Positions 22,195-33,690 are shown, numbered from the stretch's first letter. The stretch: 64,000 nucleotides of DNA from Centroscyllium fabricii (GCA_051313645.2 JBNRSN020000013.1:138074001-138138000), one strand, 5' to 3'. Notes: generated from the sequence alone by a model not told the origin. A program made the numbers and translations.

Positions 22195-24692
22195 ATGGAT
22201 ACTACAATGTTGAAACCATCGGTGTTCGAAGTTGAACCCTGATCTTCTGGAGCATCAAACGCCTTCTCACACTGGCGAAATGTACTTGAAGGGTACATCA
22301 GAGCCAACGCGGCGGTCATACTGACCGAGGAGCAAAAACGGCGACTCCTCCACGCCCGGGTGGGCCCGCAAGTATATTCAATGATAGTGGACGCCCCATC
22401 GTTCCAAGAAGCCCTCAGGACCCTCGAGGCGGAATATAATCGGGCACCAAACAGAGTCCACGCGAGACATATACTCGCCACCCGAAAGCAACAGAATGGA
22501 GAGTCGAGTGTGCAGTTCCTAAGAGCCCTCAGAATTCTGGCACGGGACTGTGACTGCAGAGCGCAAACGGCCCTAGTGCATATGGAGAGCCTCATCAGGG
22601 ATGCCTATGTAACAGGCCTGAAATCGTACTATGCCAGGCAGAGACTGCTGGAACAGAATGGCCAAGACTTACAGGCCACTACAGACTTGGGACACGCGCT
22701 GGATAGCGCCTCTACGGACTTATCATCCTACTCAAGTAACTATACGGGCCCAGCCCCGCAATCTTGGACAGCGCTGGCGCAACGACCGCCAGATGAACTT
22801 CTCACAGCGGCCCACGCTAAAGCGAAATGCTACTTCTGTGGGCAACCACAGCATTCAAGACGCAGCTGCCCTGCTAAAGAAGCGATCTGCTCCAAGTGTG
22901 ACAAAAAGGGACACTATGCGAAGGTTTGCAAAGGCCCTAATGCTAAATCAAAACTGGGCAGCGCTGCGTGTGGAACAGGGGAGCAGCAATATCGGGCTCA
23001 CCCATCCCCCACTCGGCAGCACTCGTGGCAGCAACAGCGGCCATCTTGGACTCAACAGCGCAACACATGGCGGCAGCCATCTTGGGGAGCAGATCTGGAA
23101 GAATCTCCGGATCAAGATAACTACTCTCCGGATCAAGACATCCCGGAGGACCCGGTACTAGCATCCATGAACCTAGACCAGAGGAAGTTTCAGCCACTGG
23201 AGAGGTCGATGATGCCGGTGGAAGTCAATGGTGAAGAGGTGGTGTGCCTGTTCGATAGTGGGAGCACAGTAAGTTTTGTTCACCCAAATACTGTAAAGCG
23301 CCTCTCCCTTAAAATAACCCCTGCGCGCCAAAGAATATCTATGGCGTCCAAATCAGAATCCGCTGACGTCACTGGGCGCTGTATTGTAACGCTTAATGTA
23401 CAGGGCGCAATGTTCGATAATTTTAGCTTTTACGTGCTGCCGCAGCTCTGCGCCCACCTACTACTGGGACTGGATTTTCAGTGCCACCTTCGGAGCGTTA
23501 CCATGGCATTCGGCGGACCCCTTCCCCCTCTCACGGTCACAAACCGCTGCTCAAAGCGGCACCCCCTGTACACTACCTGTGGTCTCTCAACCCTTAAGGT
23601 TGCCCCTCCATCCCTCTTTGCCAACCTCACCCCAGACTGCAAGCCCGTCGCCACCAAGAGTAGGCGCTACAGTGCTGGGGACATGGTATTTATAAAATCT
23701 GAGGTGCAGCGCCTCCTAAAAGAAGGGGTCATAGAGGCCAGTAATAGCCCCTGGAGAGCACAGGTAGTGGTAGTAAAAACCGGAGAAAAGAATAGGATGG
23801 TAGTGGATTATAGCCAGACCATAAACCGGTTCACCCAACTAGATGCCTACCCTCTCCCTCGGATAGCGGACATGGTGAACCAAATTGCACAATTTAAAGT
23901 GTACTCCACTATCGATTTAAAATCTGCCTATCACCAACTCCCCATCCGCTCAGAGGACCGTCCTTATACAGCTTTTGAGGCTGACGGTCGCCTCTATCAC
24001 TTCCTTAGGGTTCCGTTTGGCGTCACAAACGGGGTCTCGGTCTTCCAGAGGGAGATGGACCGAATGGTTGATCAGTACAGGCTGCGAGCGACATTCCCGT
24101 ACCTTGATAATGTAACCATCTGCGGCCATGACCAGCAGGACCATAACGATAATCTCCAAAAATTTCTCCTTACGGCCAAAACCCTGAACCTCACATATAA
24201 CAAGGAGAAATGTGTGTTTAACACCACCCGCCTAGCCATCCTCGGCAGCGTGGTGGAGAATGGAGTCATCGGTCCAGACCCGGACCGCATGCGCCCCCTT
24301 ATGGGGCTTCCCATCCCCCACTCCCCCAAATCTCTTAAACGGATTTTGGGATTCTTTGCCTATTATGCCCAGTGGGTCCCCAATTATGCGGACAAAGCTC
24401 GCCCACTACTTAAAACGACCTCTTTTCCCCTTTCTGCAGAAGCCAACTCGGCATTCTGCAGAATCAAAAACGATATTGCCAAAGCCACGATGCACGCTGT
24501 GGATGAGTCCGTCCCATTCCAAGTGGAAAGCGATGCATCGGACTTTGCACTGGCCGCCACCCTTAATCAGGCGGGCAGACCCGTGGCCTTCTTTTCACGT
24601 ACCCTCCAAGGCCCCGAAACTCGCCATTCCTCAGTCGAAAAGGAGGCCCAGGCCATTGTTGAAGCAGTGCGGCACTGGAAGCACTACCTGGC
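22195..24692 (+). pseudogene. gag-pol: Family B gag-pol, 5' part (Gag, protease, RT, RNase H)
   Basis: ATG at 22195; single TGA at 22240-22242 (likely CGA>TGA); two CCHC knuckles, LFDSGS, YLDN, ESDAS; cut at HYLA by the nested element. Confidence 0.93.
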
Positions 24693-27600
24693 TGATACCA
24701 TCAATTACTCGAGTCTGAGAGCGAGTTAACATAGGCTTTAATAAACTTAGAACAAGCGTAAGGGATCACAGGTATCGTTAGTACAGTACAGTAGAGAGGA
24801 GGTCAGAACCCACGAGTGCTGACCTTTATACCCCCAGGGTCAGAGGCGTGGCCTACCCGAGGTCCTCCAGGTACAGGTCTCCCAAGTCTGGCTGGGCAAG
24901 AGTAGACACGCCCTAAGGCATGTACATACACATAGTTGGTGTTATAGCCAATATCACCACATTCACCCCCTGTTAAAGAATTTCAGTACCAGGGGGGGCA
25001 CAAACAATACCTAACATATGTACAGACAGTATTTACAAAGGTTCCGAGATGTTCCAAAAAAATTGTGGCCGCCTGTTCATGCCAGGTCACATTGTGCAGA
25101 CCAGGCGGTCTGGCTGGCGTCGCACCCTCGACGACCGTCTGAGCTGCTGGTCCTGCCGTTCGGTATCGGTCCCTGGGGAAGCCGAAGGAATATACGTTAG
25201 CAGCGCATCACCAGGGAATACGGCGGTATGGGTCGGTGGGGGGCTGGGCACGGGCTGCGATGTGGTAGGTGCCGGCTGGGCCCACGACGAGAGGAAGGGG
25301 GGTGGGGGCGGAGTTGTGGTCGCAGGGGCGCCTGCGGGCGCCAGGTCTTTAATAGAGACTGTGTCCTTCCTGCCATCAGGGAACTCCACATAGGCGTACT
25401 GCGGGTTAGCATGGAGGAGGAGTACCCTGTCGACCAGTGGGTCGGTCTTATAGTGCCGTACATGGTGCCGCAACAGTACTGGGCCCGGGGAGGCTAGCCA
25501 CGACGGCAGCGACATCCCCGAGACGGACTTCCTGGGGAAGGAAAACATCCGTTCGTGCGGCGTTGCGTTGGTCGCTGTACAAAGAAGCGACCGTACGGCG
25601 TGTAGAGCGTCCGAGAGAACCGCCTGCCAGCGTGAGGCTGGAAGGCCCCGGGACCTGAGTGCCAGGCGGACCGCCTTCCAGACAGTGCCATTCTCGCGCT
25701 CTACTTGGCCATTGCCCCGGGGGTTGTAGCTCGTTGTCCTGCTCGACGAGATTCCTCTCGCGAGTAGGAACTGGCGCAGTTCGTCGCTCATAAAAGCAGA
25801 CCCCCGGTCAGAGTGTATGAATGAGGGGAAGCCGAATATTGCGAATATCGGGGCGAGGGCGTTGATGACTGTGGCAGCAGTCATATCAGTGCAGGGTATC
25901 GCAAATGGGAAACGGGAGTATTCGTCCACGACTGTGAGGAAGTAGACATTCCTGTCGGTGGACGGGAGTGGGCCCTTAAAATCGATACTAAGGCGTTCGA
26001 AGGGCCGAGAGGACTTAATCAGGTGTGCCTTGTCCGGTCGGAAAAACTGCGGCTTGCATTCCGCACAGACCGGACAATCCCTGACTATCTCCCTAACCTC
26101 CGCAATACTATACGGTAGATTGCGGGCTTTGATAAAATGATAGAAGCGGGTGACCCCCGGGTGGCAGAGGTTATTATGCAGAGCCTGCAGTCTGCCCGCC
26201 TGCACGCTGGCGCAGGTCCCACGGGACAGTGCATCGGACGGCTCGTTGAGTCTACCTGGCCTGTACAAAATATCATAATTAAAGGTGGACAATTCGATCC
26301 TCCACCTCAAGATCTTATCGTTCTTAATTTTTCCCCGCTGTGTGTTACTAAACATAAATGCTACCGACCTCTGATCGGTGAGCAGGGTAAATTTTCTACC
26401 GGCCAGGTAGTGTCTCCAGTGGCGCACCGCTTCGATAATGGCTTGGGCCTCTTTTTCCACGGAGGAATGCCGTGCTTCCGAGCCCGAGAGGGTACGGGAA
26501 AAGAAGGCAACGGGTCTGCCTGCTTGGTTCAGGGTCGCCGCCAGGGCGAAGTCGGACGCGTCGCTCTCCACTTGGAAAGGCACGTCCTCATCAATGGCGG
26601 ACATTGCAGCTTTTACTATATCGGCTTTAAGTTGCTTAAAAGCCGTTAGTGCCGCTGCCGACAGGGGAAAAACAGTGGCCCGCATCAGAGGCCGGGCTTT
26701 GTCCGCAAATTTCGGGACCCACTGCGCGTAATACGCGAACAGCCCCATGCACCGCTTTAGAGCTTTGGGTGTCTTGGGAAGGGGATACTCAATCAGCGGG
26801 CGCATTCGGTCAGGGTCCGGGCCGATTAGCCCGTTTTCCACCACACAGCCCAAAATAGCCAGGCGTCTGGTGCGGAAAACACATTTTTCTTTGTTGTAGG
26901 TCAAATTCAGGGATTTGGCTGTTTTCAAAAATTTAGCGAGGTTCTCGTCGTGGTCCTCGTCCGAGTGGCCGCAGATAGTGACGTTATCTAGATAGGGAAA
27001 AGTGGCCCTGAGCCCGTGTTCGTCTACCATTCTATCCATTTCCCTCTGGAAGACGGACACTCCGTTCGTCACTCCGAAGGGAACCCGAAGGAACTGGTAG
27101 AGGCGACCATCCGCTTCGAAAGCGGTGTAGGGGCGCTCCTCTCTGAGGATTGGGACCTGGTGATATGCCGCTTTAAGGTCTATAGTCGAATAGACTTTGT
27201 ATTGGGCAATTTCATTTACCATGTCCGAGATCCGGGGAAGGGGGTACGCATCGAGGAGTGTAAACCGGTTTATGGTCTGACTGTAGTCGACCACCATCCT
27301 GTTCTTCTCCCCCGTCTTTACCACTACTACTTGGGCCCTCCAGGGGCTGCGGCTGGCTTCAATCACCCCCTCTGCCAACAGTCGCTTCACCTCGGTGCCA
27401 ATAAACGCCCGGTCTGCAGCACTATACCGCCTGCTCTTTGAGGCAATCGGTGCGCAGTCCGGCGTGAGGTTCGCGAACAGTTTCGGGGGTGAGATCCGTA
27501 AAGTGGTGAGCCCACAAAGCGGGCGCTCACGGGGGGTACTCGACTCGACCGTCAGGGGTGGGAGAGGGCCGCCGTATGCCAAAGTGACACTCTGCAGGTG

Positions 27601-29205
27601 GCTCTGGAAATCGAGCCCCAATAACATTGGCGCGCACAAGTGGGGTAACACAAACAGTTTAAAATTACAGTATTTTACCCCGCGAACTACAAGTGATACT
27701 ACGCAACACCCCACGGCCTGCGCCGATTCTGAGTCCGCCGCCAAGGCAATGCGTTTTAAACAGGGGCGGATCGACAGGTGAAGACGGTCAACAGTCTCGG
27801 GGGAAATAAAACTATCAGTACTACCCGTATCAAATAAACAGTTACAGTTTTGTCCGTTTACCTGGACGTCCATCATTGATTTCTGCAGTTCATGGGGTTT
27901 TGATTGGTCCAAAATGATGGACGCCAGCACGGTTGGTGAGTCGTCTTCATCCGAATATTCGGGGTCGGAGTCAAGTCGAAGACTCTCAAAATGGCCGCTG
28001 CCTCGTGGTGATGAACTAAAATGGCCGCTCCTCCTAGCTGTGGCCTCAAGATGGCCGCCGCCTCGTGGTGCTCCCTCGCGGTCATCTACCTCCGTGTAGT
28101 AGGAACGTGGTGCCGCTCTCGCTCCGCTGCAGATGGGGGCTGCCTTCTTTTTCTGCCCTGTTGCGCGGCACATCGCGGCATAGTGCCCCTTCTTTCCACA
28201 CTCCGAGCACGTAGCATCTTTGGCTGGGCAGCGCAGTCTAGAGTGCCTAGCTTTTCCGCAAAAGAAACACTTTTGGTTGGTTTCAGGCCTGCTTCTTCCT
28301 GCCGCTGCCGTTAGCGCTGGGGTAGGAGTTGGGGCTGGGGATGCCCACGTAGGCGCGCTTGGTTGGCCATACGTGGTGGATCTCCGATCTGCATTGTCCA
28401 GATTTACAATCAGGGAGGCTGCTTCTTTTAATGTTAGCTCATCCCGTTCTAGCAGTCGGGCCCTGATATATGGGGAGTATACCCCTCTTACCAGAGCGTC
28501 CAGTGCCAGTTCGTTGTAGTGTTCGTCCGCCGTCAGGGGGCCAGGGGCGCAATCTCGGGTCAGCGCACAAATTTCTTTCACGAATTTGGCGCCCGGTTCC
28601 TCGGCGCTCTGGGCTCTCTGAGTCAACACGTGCCTTGAGTGAACAGCGTTGGCTGCTGGCACAAATTGTTCTTTCAGTTTCTTCATGGCCTGTTCGTAAT
28701 CCGACTCCCCTTCGATGAGGTGGTAATGGTCAGCACTGATTCTGCAGTGTAGAATTCGGCTCTTCTGCTGATCAGTTGAAGCAGTCTCTTTCACTTCGTC
28801 GATATAGCTCCTCAGCTGCTGTTCCCAGTGTTTATACCGGCGTTCGGCATCGGGAGCAGTCGCATCAATTTCCAAGATCGGGACAGCCAGAATTCGGTCC
28901 ATTTTGGATTTTAGCGACGATCTAAGTTTATTAAATTGATACCATCAATTACTCGAGTCTGAGAGCGAGTTAACATAGGCTTTAATAAACTTAGAACAAG
29001 CGTAAGGGATCACAGGTATCGTTAGTACAGTACAGTAGAGAGGAGGTCAGAACCCACGAGTGCTGACCTTTATACCCCCAGGGTCAGAGGCGTGGCCTAC
29101 CCGAGGTCCTCCAGGTACAGGTCTCCCAAGTCTGGCTGGGCAAGAGTAGACACGCCCTAAGGCATGTACATACACATAGTTGGTGTTATAGCCAATATCA
29201 CCACA
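24693..29205 (-). mobile_element. Intact full-length Gypsy LTR retrotransposon, family C (4.5 kb), nested in family B
   Basis: 269-bp LTRs 24693-24961 and 28937-29205, identical by eye; 5-bp TSD CTGGC; one uninterrupted ORF. Confidence 0.97.
25087..28902 (-). CDS. gag-pol: Gag-Pol polyprotein, 1271 aa (Gag, two zinc knuckles, protease, RT, RNase H, integrase)
   Basis: CFFCGKARHSRLRC and CSECGKKGHYAAMC; LFDTGS; FPYLDNV; ESDAS; LHNNLCHPG...CPVC; IDFKGP, HSDRG, ERENG. Confidence 0.96.
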   Translation of the reverse strand: MDRILAVPILEIDATAPDAERRYKHWEQQLRSYIDEVKETASTDQQKSRILHCRISADHYHLIEGESDYEQAMKKLKEQFVPAANAVHSRHVLTQRAQSAEEPGAKFVKEICALTRDCAPGPLTADEHYNELALDALVRGVYSPYIRARLLERDELTLKEAASLIVNLDNADRRSTTYGQPSAPTWASPAPTPTPALTAAAGRSRPETNQKCFFCGKARHSRLRCPAKDATCSECGKKGHYAAMCRATGQKKKAAPICSGARAAPRSYYTEVDDREGAPRGGGHLEATARRSGHFSSSPRGSGHFESLRLDSDPEYSDEDDSPTVLASIILDQSKPHELQKSMMDVQVNGQNCNCLFDTGSTDSFISPETVDRLHLSIRPCLKRIALAADSESAQAVGCCVVSLVVRGVKYCNFKLFVLPHLCAPMLLGLDFQSHLQSVTLAYGGPLPPLTVESSTPRERPLCGLTTLRISPPKLFANLTPDCAPIASKSRRYSAADRAFIGTEVKRLLAEGVIEASRSPWRAQVVVVKTGEKNRMVVDYSQTINRFTLLDAYPLPRISDMVNEIAQYKVYSTIDLKAAYHQVPILREERPYTAFEADGRLYQFLRVPFGVTNGVSVFQREMDRMVDEHGLRATFPYLDNVTICGHSDEDHDENLAKFLKTAKSLNLTYNKEKCVFRTRRLAILGCVVENGLIGPDPDRMRPLIEYPLPKTPKALKRCMGLFAYYAQWVPKFADKARPLMRATVFPLSAAALTAFKQLKADIVKAAMSAIDEDVPFQVESDASDFALAATLNQAGRPVAFFSRTLSGSEARHSSVEKEAQAIIEAVRHWRHYLAGRKFTLLTDQRSVAFMFSNTQRGKIKNDKILRWRIELSTFNYDILYRPGRLNEPSDALSRGTCASVQAGRLQALHNNLCHPGVTRFYHFIKARNLPYSIAEVREIVRDCPVCAECKPQFFRPDKAHLIKSSRPFERLSIDFKGPLPSTDRNVYFLTVVDEYSRFPFAIPCTDMTAATVINALAPIFAIFGFPSFIHSDRGSAFMSDELRQFLLARGISSSRTTSYNPRGNGQVERENGTVWKAVRLALRSRGLPASRWQAVLSDALHAVRSLLCTATNATPHERMFSFPRKSVSGMSLPSWLASPGPVLLRHHVRHYKTDPLVDRVLLLHANPQYAYVEFPDGRKDTVSIKDLAPAGAPATTTPPPPPFLSSWAQPAPTTSQPVPSPPPTHTAVFPGDALLTYIPSASPGTDTERQDQQLRRSSRVRRQPDRLVCTM

Positions 29206-29210
29206 CTGGC

Positions 29211-30702
29211 CGGCAAGCGTTTTACCCTGTTGACTGACCAACGCTCAGTCGCTTTTATGTTCAACAACAAAGAGCGGGGTAAGATCAAGAACGACAAGAT
29301 ACTAAGGTGGCGAATTGAACTATCGGCATTCAATTATGATATCTTGTACCGGCCCGGGAAATTTAACGAACCCCCAGACGCCCTATCACGCGGTACCTGT
29401 GCCAGCGCACAGGCTGACCGTCTCCAAACCCTCCACAATGACCTCTGCCACCCGGGGGTCACCAGGTTGGTTCACTTCGTGAAGTCCCGCAACCTCCCCT
29501 ACTCCATCGAGGAGGTCAAGACCATGACCAGCAATTGCCAGGTCTGCGCGGAGTGCAAGCCGCACTTCTACCGGCCAGACCGGGCGCACTTGATCAAAGC
29601 CACTCGCCCCTTTGAACGACTCAGTGTCGATTTTAAAGGGCCCCTTCCCTCAGCCAACAGGAATGTCTATTTCCTCAACGTTATAGATGAGTACTCCCGC
29701 TTCCCTTTCGCCATCCCCTGCCAGGATATGACCTCCGCCACCATCACCAAAGCCCTCAGTAGCATCTTCTCCCTGTTCGGGTACCCGAACTATATCCATA
29801 GTGACCGGGGGGCCTCTTTCATGAGCGACGAGCTGCGTCAGTTTCTGCTAGCGAAAGGCATCGCGACTAGCAGGACTACCAGCTACAACCCCCGGGGGAA
29901 CGGACAGGTAGAGAGAGAGAACGCCACAGTCTGGAAAGCCATCCAGTTAGCCCTAAAGTCCAAAGACCTCCCAGTCACCCGATGGCAAGACGTTCTCCCT
30001 GAAGCGCTCCACTCTATCCGGTCCCTCCTGTGTACTGCCACCAATGACACCCCTCACGAAAGACTTTTTGCCTTCCCCAGGAAGTCAGCTTCCGGGACCT
30101 CGCTACCATCGTGGCTACTATCTCCGGGACCGGTCCTGCTGCGGAAGCATGTGAGGGGACATAAGGCAGATCCCCTAGTCGAACAGGTCCACCTCCTGCA
30201 CGCCAATCCCCAGTACGCTTACATAGCATACCCCGACGGGAGGGAGGACACCGTGTCCATAAAGGACCTAGCCCCAGCAGGAGTCCCAAAACCCAGCCCC
30301 GCCAAGCAACATGATCTCCCAAAAAGCCCCGCCAAGCAGCCCGCGCACCCAAAAAGCCCTGTGACGCTCCCCGCGCCGCCGAGGCTGAAGGACACGCCCC
30401 AACACGTGGGCCCAGTGCCCCAGTATGTCCACAAGGCACCTGCGAGCAGCACGAACGAGCACCAAGCTTGGATCCACAAAGCGCGCCCCCTAGAGTCAGA
30501 GGACGAAGGAGAGACCGTGCCCCCTGCTGCCAGAATCAGGGCACCACCGCCACACAGCAGTGATATAACCACCATCAGTCGACCGGCATCAAGGGAACAA
30601 CCGACACAACCAGCCACTCCACGACAACGAACACCACAGGCACCACCAGCGGTGCGAAGATCAGCGCGGATAACAAAACCGCCTGATAGACTGAATTTAT
30701 AG
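29211..30702 (+). pseudogene. pol: Family B pol, 3' part (RNase H end, integrase, Pro-rich tail)
   Basis: Resumes (A)GKRFTLLTD in frame after the TSD; HHCC and DDE motifs; ends RRSARITKPPDRLNL. Confidence 0.93.
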
Positions 30703-33329
30703 TCATAAGAACTCTGATTGTGTATATATTTTTTCTTGTTGTTGACGAATCATCATGTAATTATTAGTTTTTTTCACCTCGCTGTATCTCCGTGTTTTGT
30801 TCACCCCGCTATACTTTTGTTTTTAAAGAAGGGGTGAATGTGATAAACCATATATCACTGTATATAACGAATCACCATGTAATACTATGTAATACCTGTA
30901 CGGGATCCCAGGAGCATACCTGGCGCCGCCCATGACTCCTCCCCCGCTGGAGGAGGTATATAAGTGACTGCCCCCATCCCCCATGCCATTCCGGGGACAG
31001 TCAGCCTCACTGTTGGATACTTGTGTATCGTCATCGTAGTTAATAAAAGCCTGATTATTCTAACCAACTATTCGACTCCGAAGACGTTATTGACGGTTAC
31101 ACTCGCCTTCAGCGACTGGTGCACAAGAACACCCAGGTCTCTCTGCACCTCCCCATCTCCCAATCTATTGCCATTTAAGTAGTAATCTGCCCTCCTGTTT
31201 TTGCCCCCAAAGTGGATAACCTCACATTTATCCACATTGTAGTGCATCTGCCATCTATCTGCCCAGTCCCCCAACTTATCCAAATCGCCCTGTAACTTCC
31301 TGACACCCTCTTCTGAGCCTGCCTCCCCTCCTAGTTTGGTGTCGTCTGCAAATTTGGAGATATTACATTCAATTCCCTGATCCAGATCATTAATATATAT
31401 TGTAAACAGCTGAGGTCCCAGGACAGACCCCTGCGGTACTCCACTAGTCACCGGCTGCCACCCAGAAAACGAGCCGTTAATTCCAACTCTCTGTTTTCTG
31501 TCTGCCAACCAGTTCTCTATCCACATCAAAACTTTGCCCCCAATCCCATGAGCCTTAATTTTACATGCTAATCTTTTATGTGGAACCTTATCGAAAGCTT
31601 TCTGGAAGTCAAGGTACACCACATCTACTGGCTCTCCCCCATCTATTTTCCGAGTTACTTCCTCAAAGAATTCCAATAGATTAGTTAAACATGATTTACC
31701 TTTTGTAAACCCATGTTGACTCTGTCCGATCTCATCCCTACTTGTCAAATGCTCCGAGATTACATCCTTGATGATGGACTCAAGCATTTTGCCCACTACT
31801 GATGTAAGGCTTACTGGTCTATAATTCCCTGCTTTCTCTCTGCCCCCCTTTTTAAATAGTGGGGTAACATTAGCCACCCTCCAATCCGTGGGTACTGATC
31901 CAGAGTCTATTGAGTTCTGGAAAATGATCCTTAAAGCACCCGCTATTTCCAGGGCTACCTCTTTAAGTACCCTAGGATGTAGATTATCAGGTCCTGGGGA
32001 TTTGTCGGCCTTCAATCCCTTCAACTTCCCCAAAACCATCTCCCTAGAAATAATGATATCTGTCAGCTCCTCCCTTGCCTTGGACCCTATGTTCGCTGCT
32101 ATCCCTGGGAGGTTGCTTGTGTCCTCCTTTGTGAAGACAGTACCAAAATATGAGTTTAGTTGGTCTGCCATTTCTTTATTCCCCATTATATATTGCCCTG
32201 AATCGGACTGCAAGGGACCGACTTGGGATTTTACCATGTTGGGATGAATCCTTGAATGAATAGGCCCGAGACTCATCCACTATTGGGTCTCGGGCCTCAT
32301 TTGTATCAGACACTTGCTGGGCGCCTCAGGCAGTAAACCGTAAAAGAGGATTTGAAGTTGGGGCCGCTATGCCATTGGCAGGGTCTTGTGGGGATGGGGG
32401 CGGGGCGGGGGGGGGAGTGATCGGAAGAGAGAGGGAGGGGGTAACTGGTAGAGAAGGGCAATCAAGGAGTGAGGAAAACTCAGGAGGAAGGTCAAGGTAC
32501 TGATTGGGAGGGGGGACAAAGTCGTGCGCACGGGGGAGGGTGGGACTAAGCGGTGACTGGCAGCGACCCGTGGTTTTAATCTGGGGTCTGGAGATTAGTA
32601 TTTTTTAAAAACCTTTTGGCAGTGGCCCTGTAAGGCCTGGCACCAACTACGTTCATGGAAAATGAATTTGGTAAAGGGACGTCAAACAGGCGCTCGGCCT
32701 CTTATTTGCATATGAAAAAGCACTAAAGCCGTTTCAGGCACAGGCCCTGGACGCCTCTTTTGATACCTGTATCAGTATGGTGGGCAGCGCATTACCAGCT
32801 CAGGATGCGCGCGTACGCGCCCCCCCCCCCCTCCCGCCATATTGGAAGATTTGGAGCTCGTTTTCTGCCTGTAAAATGGGCACGGCATCAACAAATTTCC
32901 AGGCCCTAATCTTGAAACTGGAGCGTAGCTGGTTAAAAGTGAATGCGGAAAGCAAACATCTTGACACAAAGAGGATGTGAATTGCACTCCTCCTGAAGGC
33001 CAACACTGCAGAATCAACGGAGATATTTAAACAGGAGATAGATACTTTCCTGGGTAGTAAGAAATTCTTCCCCAAACAACAAAGCACCTATATTTGGTAC
33101 GACGCATTTCCCAAATTATTCCACCAGATTCAGTGATAGAAACAGGACTGGCTCATTGAGCCTACTCTACAATTTTGATAGTAACAATAGCTGTTTAAGT
33201 TTGAAGTCCCAATTCCCTGCCGTTTCTCAATATCCTTTACTACCCAGGTAAGTATCCTTGTTGGTAAGAAAGCATTGGAAGCAATAGAGAAAATGCAGTC
33301 AGTGTACCTAGTAGGGGCAGGGAATATTG

Positions 33330-33690
33330 ATAATGGCACAGGACAGCATGGGTCAGTTTCATTGCTAGGGTTAGAGAATAGTGGCAATAGCGAGAGAGCG
33401 CATGGGTCAGTATCACCACTAGGGTCCAGCAGGATTGGCAATCACACATGGCAGTGTGGGTCAGTTTCAGCGCTAGGGTTAAAAAGGTTGGAAATAGCAC
33501 AGGAAAGAATCTCTCAGCTTCACTACCAGGATCAGAGCATTGGAAATAGTACAAAGAGGTTGAGTCAGTTTCATTGCTAGGGCGACGGAGCATTGGAAAT
33601 AGCATGGAGACCTCAGATCAGTTTCATTGCTCGGGTAAGAGCGTCTTTCAGTAGCATGGGCCAGTTCCATTATTCGGGTAAGTTCAGTAT
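33330..33690. repeat. Degenerate tandem repeat, ~54-bp unit (gggtcagtttcattgctaggg...ggaaatag)
   Basis: Core motif recurs six to seven times. Confidence 0.7.

Larger units (their letters stand above)
21913..31101 (+). mobile_element. Full-length Gypsy LTR retrotransposon, family B
   Basis: 263-bp LTRs 21913-22175 and 30839-31101, one mismatch by eye; 5-bp TSD CTCGC; PPT at 30826-30838. Confidence 0.97.
21219..32236 (-). mobile_element. CR1 (HER1-like) LINE split by nested Gypsy insertions (32236-31107 and 21912-21219)
   Basis: RT ORF 32276-31068 (GVPQGSVLGP, FADD) continues as ORF 21900-21319 once the Gypsy and one CTCGC copy are removed; (ctatgatt)n tail. Confidence 0.95.

Noticed and set aside
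22240-22242. In-frame TGA as a programmed readthrough site in gag
   Set aside because: Best explained by CGA>TGA deamination; the related gag genes have no stop here.
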